NCBI GenBank assembly: GCA_046563655.1
Contig: CM102285.1
Location: forward strand, 13,516,001-13,580,000
Reading direction: 5' to 3'
DNA length: 64,000 nt
DNA from: Yuukianura sp. NJ FZ-2021
Lineage: Eukaryota
Numbering within the stretch: the first letter of the stretch is position 1; every line of letters begins with the position of its first letter. A model generated the notes under the pieces. It was given only the letters and a program-made list of their open reading frames with translations, ran no database searches and was not told the DNA's origin. Below are positions 25,201 through 38,912 of this stretch, one piece after another. The position numbers were made by a program, and so were the translations under genes.

Positions 25201-28200
25201 ATCAAATTTCGAAGCCGATTCGAGAACCCACCATAACATAAAACCGTTAAGGTTTGCGTAGCTTGGGAAATGGTTGGTGGGAGTGACAGATAAAGTAAGT
25301 GAAAGTGATTTTGACTCCACTTGAGTTGTAAGGAGATGAACAGGTCCCTAGGTGTACTTCTTAAGGAATCACTTCCTATTACAACCCACAAAAGAAGAAG
25401 GGAAAGGAACCTATTAGTTATAAACTCCCCTTACTCTTCCTTTGTCTCCTATTTCTTCCTAATAAACCCAACCACTCTCTCCATGTGCCCTTAAACCTAA
25501 CCTAAAGTAAAGGTAGAAGTAAAAGTCTTCTTTTTATTTTTCTAGATTTATTCCTCCCTTTTGTCTCAGGGGAGAAAGCATTAAAATGAAATATAAAAAA
25601 ACTTCCTTCTGCCCCATAATTCGCTTTCATTCTTTTCAAACAGCAAAGTCTACAGCTTAATTGAACAAAAAAAAAAAGCAGAGAGTACCTGTCGTAGCAG
25701 AGGTCAAATCGAAAACGACAACTTCAAAATTTGTAAGCATTTTTCAAACAACAATTCAATAAATTCAAAATTGAAGAGCCAATTCATATATTATGTCAAT
25801 TTAAATTTCTTAATTTTAAAACCTCAAAAAGTAGTTTGACCTCGGGTGACCTTTCCCTCGCTGTTTTTCAATTGTGAAAAGTTTAGAATTTGGCAAGACT
25901 TGGAAACAAATTATGAAAATTGGACGGTTCTAAATTCACTTTTGACATGCAGAGACCAAATTAGACTCTGTTGAAATAAGTGGACGTGTCCCAAAAATTG
26001 GACACTGGAAGTGAAAACTTTAGTGTACGTCTAAAAATGGGTGTTGTGGAGCCATAGATCACTGGACGGAAATTTATTCATTATCACCCCAAATTTATGG
26101 CGGGAAGAATCAAGGCCTTGGAAAAGTTTCCTTTCTCCTTGGCTTTCACTTGAGCTCCACTTTGTATTCACAGCCACTCGCCACTCTCTCGCTTACCACA
26201 CCCACAGAACATGCAATCTAACAACTTGTTCAAAAAATTAAGACGTCATGTTCTCATGTTCTCAGAGCACAGTGGGAACATTTAAAAAACATTTCAAAAA
26301 CATGATTTTTGAAGCAATTTAAAGCAAAAACCATACCTGTGCCTGTCCATGTGGAACGCTGTCATCGGAATCTTCTGAAGTGTTGTGTTCTGGGTTCCTC
26401 GGTGGTGAGGGGTTGTTGGGTGACCTTCCGAGGGAGCGTTGCTGAACTCCCCCCTGGGGGTGGTGGATCATGTGGGGGTTGCCATGGGGCTGCTGAGCAT
26501 GGGGACTGGAGAGGGTGGTGTACGTCGGAGGACTTCCGCCATAACTGACTCCAGAACTGGCAAAAACAAAAGTAGCCAAACTCAAAATTTTGTCCAAAAG
26601 TTAGTAAGTTTTGTTCAAAAAGCCATTGTAATTTTTGAAAAGGCTCTACTTACTGTGGAGTCATGTGTTCTGGTAGGTACATCTGAGTGTAGTGTTGCTG
26701 CTCATTTCCATGTCCCATCATCTGAAAAATATCAAGAACGCTTCGTTTTCATTCAATCCTTGAAATCCCTCTTTCGAGTACTTTAAAATTAAAATGACAT
26801 AAATTAGTTTACATTTAATTGATAAATCTGAGTAAAAAATATACAGGTACGTAAAAACTTAATCACAGAATAGGCAAGAGTCCTTGAGAATTGAAGCTCA
26901 TCCTTTCATTCATAATTTAAAATTAACGATTTAGTGACAATTTTCACACCTCCAGTTGAGGACTTTACCCTCCTACAAAAATGTTAACACAGGAGCAAAT
27001 TAATTATCATCAGAAATTAACACTCCATGGCTAAGTGAAGAAAATCAAATTTTGACACCTCATGATTCGTACCAAAACACATTTACGAAAAGTGAACAAA
27101 ACTACGACTGCACTTTACATAATACATATTATGAAATTTTTTAATAAAAATTTTCACTCAATTGACACCAAATTGACAAGAAATTCAACACTCATCCCAT
27201 AAATTTTTATCCACTAAAATTCGTCACGACTCTCTTCACACTTTGGATCTTCATAAATAAAATTGCAATAAAACTCAAAATAAGAAAATAAGCTTAACAA
27301 AAAAGCACGAAGGGCAAAGGTTTTTTTCAATTTTCCTTTTCCAAACAATTTGACAATTCAAAATTTTGTTTTGTTAAGTTGACGCTTTTGTCACATACAT
27401 TAAGTCAATGACAGATATAATGCAAATAAAAAATACAAAGAAAACAACCAAGGTTGAAAAAACTTTAACTTCTAGCTACACTTGTGACACTTTTTCCTTC
27501 GTAAACTTTTCTGTTTTGAAAACCATGAAAATTTGATTCAAAACAGAAAACCCTACTTACAGTTAACGATCCATAAAAAATAATTGTACATAAAAAGTGA
27601 TTGGATTCGTAAGCAAACTTCTTTTTAAAAAACAGAAAGAAAAAAAAACACTTTTTGACACAATGCTACAATCTCGATTATTCTTTTATGTCTTCTTTTC
27701 TCTTTTTTCATTTCCTTTTGTAACTGTAAAGAAGTAACTACGGTATGAACTGGTAGAATATTAATTTTTCTCATACTTTTCCCCCCTTGTTCTTCCAAAA
27801 GTCCAAAGTTTTATCAAAAAACAGAAAAACAAAATTTTGAAACAAAAAAGTACCAGTCGACATAACTTTTTTCTCTTTCTGAAAGACAAAAAGGTGTCGA
27901 AGGACGAAGGTAGAAGTAAAGAGAAAGCGAGCCATTTACAATTCAAATCTTCCCTCTCCTTTCTCCTACCAAAGAGTTTTTTCCCCTTGGGGAGCCATCG
28001 AACAAAAAAATAAGAGGAAAAACTTCAGAAAAAAAAGTGGGGGAACAAGTCAGTAGAAAGTAGAAGAAACTAGTAGAGCCGTATAGTAGTAAGATTTCTC
28101 CTAAATAAAAACCTGCATTAGAAATTCTTTTTACTTTTCCCCACTTTAATTTTAACTTTCAACTTTCACTTTTTTCAAAAAAAAATTAGGAAAAAGTTCG

Positions 28201-30098
28201 TCTTTCAGGTTTTAATGGACCCCTACCCCACTTCAAACTTTTTTTTTCAAAATTTGAATTGTAAGCTTGAACACCATTTTCTACTCCATAAACAAATGAA
28301 AAGGAAAAAGTTCAAAAACATAACACCACAGAAATTCTAAAAATTCAAAAAAGTCTGTCAAACTAAAAACTTTCTCCACTTTTACTACCCTCCAAAAACA
28401 CCTAAAAGTTAAACCTAACCAGCCTTTAGCCTAAACTTAAAGTTAGCTGTACGTAACATAAATTCGCAATAATGCAATTCCATCAGAACAGTCGAATCCA
28501 TAAAAGCTCGTTTGACATAAATTTTTCATCCTAAACCTTACGTATTAGTCCAACTTAACATAAAACGCTAACCCTAAAAACATAACTTAAAACTTAAAAT
28601 GTAATAAAAATAAATGAAGTCTCATTAAAATAAAAGTTGGCACACCAAAAGAAAGTATAAAGCCTTCATTAAAACTCAACCTCTTGGAAAGTTCTTCTTT
28701 TCCATTATAATGAACCTCGTATTTAAAAATATTTTTTTCAACAAAAAAACTTTAAGGAACATAAAAATGACATGTAATAAATTAAAGGCTTTCTTTCTCC
28801 TTCCTTTCCCCATAAGGCTCCGAACAGCAGTTAATCAAGAATAAAAATCTAAAAAACTAACGAGCCGTCATCTCTTTTTTAAAAAATAGGAACATGCAGT
28901 AGTTCCGTTTTCTTAAAAACGGATTTTTCAAACAAAAAAGAGAGGAAAAGTTAAGATTTTCATGTTTCAGTTTCTTAACTTAAAAAAATCGGAGTGAGAA
29001 ACCCAAAATTCTTCTTTTTTTGCCTAATGAATTGAATCTCAAAGCTGAAGATTTTCTTCCATGTTTTAACAACTCTCAAACCCACATCTTCTTCTCTAAA
29101 AAAAAGTTTCTAATTCTAGACAACTTAATTCTAATAAATACTTTTCGAAAAAAAAAAATCTAAAAAAAAAGTTTTCCAAAAGTTCTTTTCCATTTAATCA
29201 AATTGCATCATCCCCTTCTTCACTTTCACCCCAAAGTGCAGAGAGAGTTCAAAGTTCAAAGAAAGAGGGAAAAAGTTGAAAAAAAAAGTTTCGTTTTTCC
29301 CCTCACATTTTTTTTCGTTTTTCATTTTTTTTTACTTACTGTGTTATAGGCGATGTTCTGAGAGTGACTCCCGTCACTAGGAAGAGAAATAGGTGGGATG
29401 TCAAATTCCTCGTCTCCGAAATTTGGCGTGTGAAACGTCTGTAATTAAAAAAAAAGTAAATTTACTCAGTTTCCGTTTTTGAATTTAGTTTTTTCTTCTT
29501 CAAAATTTGAAATTTTTTCAATTTGAAGAAAAACTCTGGAGTGAGTTAGGCAAGGAAAAAATTGAGTTAGTCCAATTAGATATTTTTTTCGGTTCCTTGC
29601 TAGAAAATGATTTCTTTTTTCTGCTTCGGTGGAAGTCTCATCAGTTGAAATGAAGAAAAACACTTTGGCTATTCCTCTTTACATAATTAACACCAAAGGG
29701 GAAACAAAGAAGGAAAAAGAAATCTCTAAGGAAGTGAAAAAAATACATCTTTCAATTCCTGAGAATAATTAATCCAGGGAAATTCTCAGAAAACTTCAAT
29801 TCTAGCAAATAGAAATAATTACTCCAGAAAAGTTCCAAATTTTTGCAACAATCAAATTGCACAACAATCAAAAATTCAATTATGCGCGCTTTAAATAACT
29901 CTTCGATAAGACCAACACCTTAGCTGTCAAGAACAAAGTAAAGCCAGTAATCAAAAAAGTAATCAAGATTGTAATCGTAATCGTAAAAATTAATCGATTG
30001 ATTTCTCTTACCTGATCTCCCATGTATCTAGCTGTATGATGATGAGTAGGTGAAGCAATTGATAGTCCCACTCCTACGCTAAAGTTATCAGCAGATCC
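16261..30098 (-). CDS. TOX: TOX-family HMG-box transcription factor (core coding exons; N-terminus depends on alternative upstream exons)
   Basis: In-phase exons: 30098-30012; 29438-29340 ([17 protein letters not shown]); 26721-26654; 26556-26337; 23468-23356 ([13 protein letters not shown]); 20875-20740 ([37 protein letters not shown]); 19727-19647 ([26 protein letters not shown]); 17147-16827 (Q-rich); 16734-~16547 ([22 protein letters not shown]); ~16473-16398; optional 16318-16261. Confidence 0.95.
19135..19200. repeat. Tandem duplication, 37-bp period, in a TOX intron
   Basis: CAAGATTTAAAAAATC.T.CTACGAATTT at 19135 and 19172. Confidence 0.75.
25837..25852. promoter_or_regulatory. Perfect nuclear-receptor DR4 element in a TOX intron
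   Basis: TGACCT-CGGG-TGACCT. Confidence 0.4.
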
Positions 30099-32521
30099 CT
30101 GAAATTAAAAAAAAATCGATTAGAACTCAGAGTTTTGAATTTTTCTTCATACATTCATAAACTTTCTAGTTTTTTTGCGTCTCTAAAACTTTTTCATTCA
30201 AAAATATTATTTGTATCTCAAGTTTTTATGTTTCAGAAAGATTAGAAAATGGAAATTAAATGTAAATATGGAAATGAAGTGACACTTAAATCACTTCCAG
30301 TGGAAAAGAAAAATTGAACTTTCTCTCAGTTTTTTCTCTTCTTTCATTTCCAAAAAAAAGTTAAGAAATTAAAGCAAAAAATATTAATCTCCTTAAAAAC
30401 CTTCCAGTTTCAAAAAGAAGTGCTGTGCTGTTCCAGCACGGAGAAACTTGCCAAAAAATTTGGGAGAATTTCAATTTATGTAGCAGCATTACTTTAATTT
30501 AGTTTTAGTTTAATCATGTACTTGAAGTAAATGAATAAATTTTCATAAAAATCAAACACATTTAAATAAATCGCCAGCACCATAAAAAAAAGTCTGCAGG
30601 TCAAAACGTTTTTCAAAGAAACTAAATCTTACTTCTTCAATTGAAAATTTTTGCCGAGGACTTTGAACTTATTGGAATTTGAGAATTTCTTTGTTTCCTC
30701 ATATTTCACAAAAAGAGAGAAAAAGAAAACCAGAAAAATGAATTAAAATTTTCTTGAATTTTACACAAAACCAATAAAAGTTTAGTTTTCAATTTCTTCA
30801 CAAAAGAAAAAGGACCCAGGACGCACAAAACGGAAAAAATTGAAATTGAGAAAATTCAAAAACGGAGATTCTAAAAAGAAAGAAGGAAAAAAACGTTAAT
30901 AATAAAAAGAAAGAGAAAAGGACAGAAATATATTGACATTAATTTTAACGAGTTCTCTGCTCATTCGACTATACAAATAAAAAACATTCACACACACAAA
31001 GAGCCAGTACCAGAGAAAACCCATAAAAATATAAATTAAAAAACAGAAAGAGAAAGTATTTGAAAATTCTCTTTTTTCTAGACCTTTTAAAATGATCAAA
31101 AGAAGAAAAAAGTGAGAGAAAACATTTAAAAAATTCTAATTTTCCAACAATTACTTTCCTCTTCTGGTTTCAACATTTAAATTTACAAATCCAAACTCCT
31201 CTTTCTCCTTTTTTCTACAGTAAAGCCCCTGTTACTCATCGAATTAAGAAACCTCTTTTTCGAAACTAAGAAAAAAACTTCTACTCAAAAAGAAAACTGA
31301 AAATTCACTTTCCATTATCCACATCAACATCTTCTTTTTTCTTCCACTTTCTCCTGTTTTTTTTATTACAACTTTCTCCCTCCTCCCCCTCCCCTAAAAG
31401 CCCTTTTTTGTAGTACGTGAGATTTCCTTCGTTTTTTCCTTTTTCGTTGTAGAAAGGAAGCAAAAAATGATTCAAAGAAAGTCACTTTGAAGCCGATGAT
31501 GAAATACAGCAGCAAAGTAAAAGAAGCAGAACACTAAAGAAGAAAAAAGTTCGTCATTACTTTTTTTTTTGAAAAAAGTGAAAGTGGAGGGAGAAAGTAA
31601 TTTCCTCCTTTGTTTTTTCTTCCCATTGGGGATGGAGGGAAATTCAAATGAAATGAGAATCACACACACAGAGAGAAACGGAAAAGGTTCCATTTACAAA
31701 ATAATAATCCATCCTAATTGAAAAGAAACCAAGAAAAAAAAGAGTTGCTGCTGGAGAAAGCAATCAAACCGAATTTTCAAAAATACCCTCCGGCAACACT
31801 TTCTTTTCAATCAGTTATTTCCATTCAAATTGAGGAAAGATCTCATTTTAAAAAACTTTCAAATTCAGAAATTCAATTCAAGTTTCTCCTTTGCCCATAT
31901 TTTTCCTAAAAGTTGATTAAAATGTGGTTTTTGGAAAACAATGATCTCGAATGTCTCTCTCTAAAGGTTCTACGTGTCCAGAAATTATAAAAGCAACTTT
32001 TGTTAGGTTTGTACCATATGCTTCTGTCTGCTTGTTCTAAAAACGAAATGTGGAATCAGTTTTTAGAAACAATATTTGCTCACACATGAATCATTTCACG
32101 TTCCTTTTTAATCGAATCCCAAAGTCCCTCTCACAAATGGATTATTTCTATATTTCATATCTCCCTCACTTTCCTAAAAACTTACTCTCCAGCAGTAAGT
32201 TGGATGATTCAGGAAGAATACAAAGAATATATATGATGGTGGTGGCTCATTCCATATGCTCCACCACAGCCCCACCATTCCCACGTCCCACACTAACTAC
32301 TTGGCCCCACCACCACGCATCACTCCCTGTTTAGATAAAGAGACACCAAATCAACTTTCACTTTTCTCCCGCCAAAAGTCCACTTCCCAATTACCAAAAC
32401 TTCGGAGTTAGAAGAGGTAACTCATCTTCTGGCAGGATTACTATTTGTAGCTTTCACCAAAGTACGAAAGGAGGGAAGTTAAGGTTAGTTCAAGACCTAA
32501 TTTCAAATTCTATTCTCGATT

Positions 32522-32534
32522 TGACCTTTGACCT
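32522..32534. promoter_or_regulatory. Perfect DR1 element
   Basis: TGACCTTTGACCT. Confidence 0.45.
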
Positions 32535-34971
32535 CCACTTGACATTTACTACACTTTCCCCGTGTTTGTCCTGCTGGAACCTTTATCTTCCTTCTAAAGT
32601 GAAAGTTCACCTTTGTAATCTCAAATTGAAAAATAAAATCTGAAATCGATCCAAGTACTGCGATGACGTGTTCAACAAAGTTTGCAAACTTTTTACAAAA
32701 ACGAAATTAATCTAACTTTTTTCTAATAAAAAAAAAGCTGAAAACATAAGTTTTAATAGAAAGTTGTTAAATTTTCTATTTTCTTACAACAGATAAAATC
32801 AAGTTTATTTTCCAAATTGAACTTTTTTGCCTTTGAACAAAAAAAAATTCTCATCACTCTTACAACTTTATTCATTATATTTACAAACAAACTACGCAAT
32901 TCTTATGAAATTCATAGAAAGAAACACACATCGGGTTACTCAAGGTCAACAAAATTTCTTTTACACACAAAAACTGAAAATTTCCCCCAATTTTCATGAA
33001 TTCGACACAAAATCATGACAAAAACAAAAGTAATTTTCCAATTCGACTTTTTTTCTCTCAAAAACTAATGTCGCGTCTGACACACGCATGGCTTCTATTT
33101 TTCTTCTGTAATTTTTAACTTAATTTTCAACTCAAATCACCCATTTTTCTTTGAAACAGGGAGGGAAAGTTTCATTTCCACAAAAAATAATATTTTTCTC
33201 AGAAGAATCATATTTCAGGATAATCTGACATCTCATCAGAGCAGATTATGCTTCACAAAAGTTATAAAAAACCTGAACCAAAAAACTAACTTTCCCCTTG
33301 GCGAAAGTCGTCTTCTTTTCATACGGTTTGTCCAACACACAGGACAGACCGCAGCAGATAACCAAAAAAATCGAACAACTTGTAACGATTTGTCCTATCA
33401 AATGGAATAACCAAACTCACCAAAAAAAAGCTTCAATTCTAAATCAATTCTCGTATCTTACTCAATTCAATTTCACTCTTCTTAAGCCAAAGACTTTGAC
33501 CTAACGTGACATAAAAAGTCTAACATAACATATAACCTTGTACCAAAAATCATGTATTTAGGTAAGGTTCCAAGTCCAGTCCTAACACTAACTTTCACCG
33601 AAACTTTTGTCAATTTCCCTTTACACCAAAAGGAATCATGGACTTATTGAGTTTCTCCAGCCACCTACCCACCACCCTTTCTCCTGATTTCATTTGGACA
33701 AAAAACCTAACAAAAAAGAAGAATTGGGATCCAAGAGGAGGACAATAGACTGACTTTTGTTGGACATTCTGGACTAGGCTGGACTCAATTCTAACTGTAC
33801 TGTCAGGATTCAGAGGAACACAAAGGACACAGGTTTCTAGATTTTTTTGAAAAAAGTTCCTATTTTGAAGTCTGTCTCTTTGCTGTACGCCTGTGCTGTT
33901 GCTGCAGTGGTTGAATTTTAGACTTCACTTTATGCTGTTCCTCATCAGGAAAACTCCACTCATCCTCTTCCAATATTTGCACAAGTTGATTAAAAAAAAG
34001 AAAGACATGACATAGAAAAACAAAAGAACACGCGTGGCCTAGTGGGTACAAACGGAAATTCTGTGTACTTCAACCAAAATCAACCTGGTTTCAACAGCAT
34101 TCTATTTTCAAACATTGTCACTTTTTCCAAACAGTTCAAATTTCAATAAATATCAAAAGCAAAATCTTGAACAATGAATTAAAAAAATATTTTTCTATCC
34201 TAACCCAAATGGGGAATTTTGTAACACAAAATTACAAAAACCAAAGCCTAATGCCAATTTTTTTTTATCGCAAATGCGTAATTTTCTTCCAAAGTTACTG
34301 CGTGCAATCCGCGAAGTTTGTAGTTTTGCGTTTTGTGATACGCAGCTCTTCGCTTTTTCATTTTTCAACTTTCTAGCTCTCCTGAGGCTACAAAAACATG
34401 AAAGCTGGAAGAAAGTTGACTTTGGGGAAAACGAAATAGTGAAAATAGGGAGAAGGATTTAATTAGTCAAGAGATTTAAAACAACACTTTTCCCCCCCAA
34501 TTAAAATGAAAAGTAACCACAGACAGAATTTTTCCAAGTTTTTTTTAAACTTCAAATTACATGGACAACTTTCACTGCTGTGTTGACTTAATTACACATT
34601 TCGACAAATTATAGTTTCTACAGTTTAGTCTCTCGCAAAATGTACTTTCATCAAATCACAAAAAAAAAAATGTTGGTGTTTCTCTCAAAAAGTAAATAAT
34701 TAAGTCTTTATAACAGGCAAAAAAAGAATGAAAATTGACCTAAATTTTTGTATTTGTTTCGCTTCAATTCTTTCCAACTTCCTTCTATAAAGTTTTCCCT
34801 TCAGAAAAAAAAAACAGAAATTGAGCAGATGGAAATTAGAACTGAAAAAAGAAAAATCAATTCAGCACAGGAGAAATCAATCAAGCGGAGAGTTGCTCTT
34901 CCTCTTCCTCAAAACCAAAACAGGTTACATTTCGCATTAACCTAACTAATCTAAGATTAACCTACCTTAAC

Positions 34972-35019
34972 AAATGACCAAGCATAACCTAGTGTAGCAA
35001 AATGACCAAGCATAACCTA
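34972..35019. repeat. 20-bp direct repeat with 28-bp period, inside a degenerate (CCTAA/CATAA)n tract
   Basis: AAATGACCAAGCATAACCTA at 34972 and 35000. Confidence 0.75.
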
Positions 35020-37598
35020 ATTTAATCCATAACATAACGTAACTCTCATTACATTAACATTACTATCCACCAACACACAACTTAAAACGAAAATGTATTT
35101 CAGTGTCCAAAAAAAATCACTCTCGGAATAATTATAAACTCGTAAAAACCCTGAGAAAATTAAAAATTTTGAAAAACAGTCATAAAATTTCAACACAACA
35201 AGGTTTTCATTACTTTTCTTTCAAAAAACTACACAATTTCATCAGTTTTTACCTTCATTCACAGTTGAATAAACAGATTTTCAAAAAAAAAAACAGATTT
35301 GAATCTCCTCATCCGTCATTTTCCAATTACGTCTGCCCTCTTTTGCAATTTAACTTTCAAATACCGTGTACACTATGTGCAAAAAGTTATTACACAAAAA
35401 ATTGGACAATTTTCCCATTCTCCATTGTAAAAACAACAAGAATTTTTTGGTTATGTTCCTTTTCCCCTTAATTATGTTTGTATCTCTTCATACGATCTGC
35501 TCTTGTTCCTTACTTGATTATGTAACCATCACAAGCCTCTTTTTCTTACAAAGATCAAAGGAAAAATCTAACTCTTTTCTTCTTGTAACCCAGAGCACAA
35601 AAAAGAACAGGAAAAAATGTTCAATTTATTTTTTCTCAAAAATATGATTATAAAACTTCATTTTTCCCAGTTCATCTTTTTTCTTTAAAGAAAAAGGCCG
35701 AGCCCATCCCACCTAATAAAATTCTTTTAGATTAAAATTTTCCAAAGTTAAAAAAGAGAAAAAAAATCTCCATAAATATAATCTAATCCACAGATTATTT
35801 CCTGTCTTTCTCCTCACACCTCTTTTCCAATCTTAAAAAAGTTCTTATAACTTCATGTACAACGTGTTCCAAAAGTTCATTTTACATTTTAGGGTGAAAC
35901 TGAAACTTACCTACCTTAACCCTAAAACCACCGTTAACCCACATACCCCCATCTCAAACAAAACCACGATTAACCCTACTAACAAAAACTTTCTTCTTAA
36001 CTTTTCTCTTTTTTACCACAACTTATGAGCCACACTGTACATGTTCTCAAAGGTGGAAAAACCCTATTACAAAATGATGAAAAAAGTGAAAGCTGACTTT
36101 CCTTTACAAGAAAATACTCCAGAAAAAAGTCTCACCTCTCTTATGTTTCTCCTTTAACTTAAGCTCATCTTCCCAAAGAAAAAAGGAACGAAGAAAAAAG
36201 AAGAAGAGGAAAAGATAAATATAAATTCTGCTGTAGAATATGAAGAATCGATCCATAGAATTTACATAAGAAATTCCTCTTTTTTTCTCTCCTTTAAAAT
36301 ACACTACTCTTGTTATAAGGAAGAAGAAAAAAGTCGAAGTGCTTTCTCCTTGTTCAATATAACACAAAAAAACCTAAGATCGATTCTTACTCTTCCTTCT
36401 ATTTACATTTCCAGAACAAAAGAAAACTGGGAGAGGAGAAAAAAGTTAAAAAACCGAACTTTTTTTTTCTCCTGTGCGCCCTTATTAGTCTCCTCTTCAC
36501 TTTCTCTTTTCTAAAACAACAGTTTTTCCCTTACTTCCTTCCCCTAAAAAATAAAAGCTTTTCTAAAAAGAAAAACAAAAATTCAACTTACAACTTATGA
36601 TTTATTTCCTTTACTTTTGACAACCAAAAAGAGCGAAACGAATCAAGCTTTAAAAGAAAGTTAGTGTCATGCGAAAAAGGACCGTCATCGTAACAATTCC
36701 GTTTTGAATTTCAACTTTTCAAGGGAAAAGTCCAGTGAGGCAGAGGAACGGATGATGCGAGAAGCATCAGTAAAAAGGAGAATAATAAAAAAAAAGTTAC
36801 AAAAGAAAAAAAATCAAGCATCATTAATATGCACCCCTTCCCTTCAAATTCAAATTGAAGATCTTTAAACAGACTACAAACTCAAAACCTAAAAAAGTAT
36901 ATAAAGTTACGTTGGATTCTTCCAACCTAACTTTTTTTTTGAAAAAATAAGCCAACAAAAAGAAAAAGATGTTGCTGCTGGACCAAGAGAGAGTGGAGGT
37001 CGATTCCCCTCGAGCAGAAGAGGAGCATGATGCCTAACCCCAAAAATAAAACAATTTTGAACATGATCTTTTACCCTCTTACATCATCTTCATTCTCCAA
37101 AAAAAGTTCAATAAAAATTCACTTCTAACCATCAACCCTAAACTATAAACTAATAAATTTTTTCCTCAATTTCAACTTTTCTAGTAACCTGCACTCTCGC
37201 CAAGCGCGAGCTCCACTTAACCCTTAACCTAGAATTAGCTTACGCTAAAAGTACACCTAGTTTTTAAAATTTCGAACACCTAAAAATGTGTTAAACAGAC
37301 AAAATTTGGTGTGACAGTGATGCCATTTCGTTGAATCTTTCACTTTTACACCAAAATCAGTTAAAACCGTATGCGTATTGTGATTATTCCTAGTGTCAAT
37401 TGTGTACTTAACGTATGGCACCACAGAATCGCCCATATGCTAGGCAAAGTTCACGCGCAGGAGAAAAAACAAGGAAACCTTTTAACTTTTAAACTTTTAC
37501 AAAAACGAACAAAACGAAGCCAGATTGCAAAAAAGTAAAGTAAAAACGAGATTTTCGCAAACCTTCAACGGGTTCACGACAGGCGGTAGTTTTGCCTG

Positions 37599-37618
37599 GG
37601 GTCAAAGGTCAGTGACCC
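37599..37618. promoter_or_regulatory. Composite DR1 + IR1 element (IR1 matches the ecdysone-response-element consensus)
   Basis: GGGTCA-A-AGGTCA-G-TGACCC: three consensus half-sites, with the middle one shared. Confidence 0.5.
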
Positions 37619-38714
37619 AGAAAGCAAATACAACTGAAACAACTTAATACAACAAATGTTACATAAAAACTTAACCAACATATTTTTTTTCTCATAATTG
37701 GAGAATATTCGTTAAAAAAGGCGTAAGTTAGTGTAACGAAACTTCAAAAAAAAAATTAAACAGCAGTTCCAAGAGTAAACATTTTGAAGTGGCAGAAAGA
37801 TTCAACATTTCTGTTCATTTTTTTAAACCAAATTAAAAATTGAGCTTGCTGTTCAATATTGTTCAACTTTTTTTGGCAAGTTTTTTGTTTAAAAAAAGGG
37901 AATTGCGGTGGGGTGTGTTTGTTCTAAATAATTTGAAAGTGTTAAGTGGGGCTGTTTAATAAGACAAAAGTTTTGTTGGAAGCCGCAATGAGGTTTTAAA
38001 TATTTCAAAAAGTCATTTCATAATGAAGAAAGTGTATGCAAACCCTCACGCCCTCTCACCACCATGTAACTCTCCTCGCTATTTCTTTTTTCTTCTAATT
38101 TACAAATGAGCTTCTTCGTCTAAAATTCAAACCGTCTCACTTTTCTTCTTCATTAGCCAAAAAAAAAACTAACTCAAAACCATTAAAAATTCTAAAAACA
38201 ATCGAAATAGCACTTTTTCGTTTTTTTTAAATTCTGGAAAGCAAACTTTGTTCCCTTCGGATACCAAAGATTGACAGAGATTGAATTTGATAAAAAATTC
38301 TTTGAAACTCCAGTACATAGTACTCATAACTTTTTAAAAATTCAAAAAACAAAGTCTTGAACTAAAAAATTCGTTTGTGCAAAAACTTTTAAGTCAACAA
38401 GAACAACTTAACTGATTAAAATATTTTTCAAATAAAATTTCCTTACTCTCCACGCCTCCGTTTCCTTTTGTTTTTCAAATTCAAATTCACAAAAATCTCT
38501 CCAGAGAAAAATGCGTAAAAAACTTAAAAAGTTCGCACTTTTCCCGCTGAGACGCTTCAAAAATCGAACTATTGTTTTCAACTTTCTCCAACTTAACTTT
38601 ACTGATCCTGAATAATCAAAATCATAAGGGACTAAAGCACTCTAACCTTTGACCTCCCCTCATTACAAACATGTCAAAAATCCTTAAAAACTAAAAGAGT
38701 AAGTTTGAACATAC

Positions 38715-38723
38715 ATAAAACAT
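38715..38723 (-). other. Candidate alternative first coding exon of TOX (MFY)
   Basis: ATG TTT TAT|gtatgt at the end of a GC-richer stretch (to about 38790). Phase 0 matches the exon at 30098. Confidence 0.45.
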
Positions 38724-38852
38724 GATTCCGCAACTGCTTCTGTCGGCTCCAGAGCGTCTGTCCGTGAGTCTCTGTCGTAAGCAGGAAGTAATTGATTCTT
38801 GAATTCAAAAGGGAAAGTGTCACGCTTCCAAAATTGTCTCACTTTCTCCAAG

Positions 38853-38912
38853 TGTGTTTTTTAGACAAACACAGTCCTCGATGTGTTTTTAGACAAACAC
38901 AGTCCTCGATGT
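38853..38912. repeat. Near-perfect tandem duplication of about 29 bp
   Basis: TGTGTTTTT(T)AGACAAACACAGTCCTCGA twice. Confidence 0.8.

Noticed and set aside
38853..38912. Short repeats considered as a CRISPR-like array
   Set aside because: Only two adjacent copies, no spacers, eukaryotic context and no cas genes.
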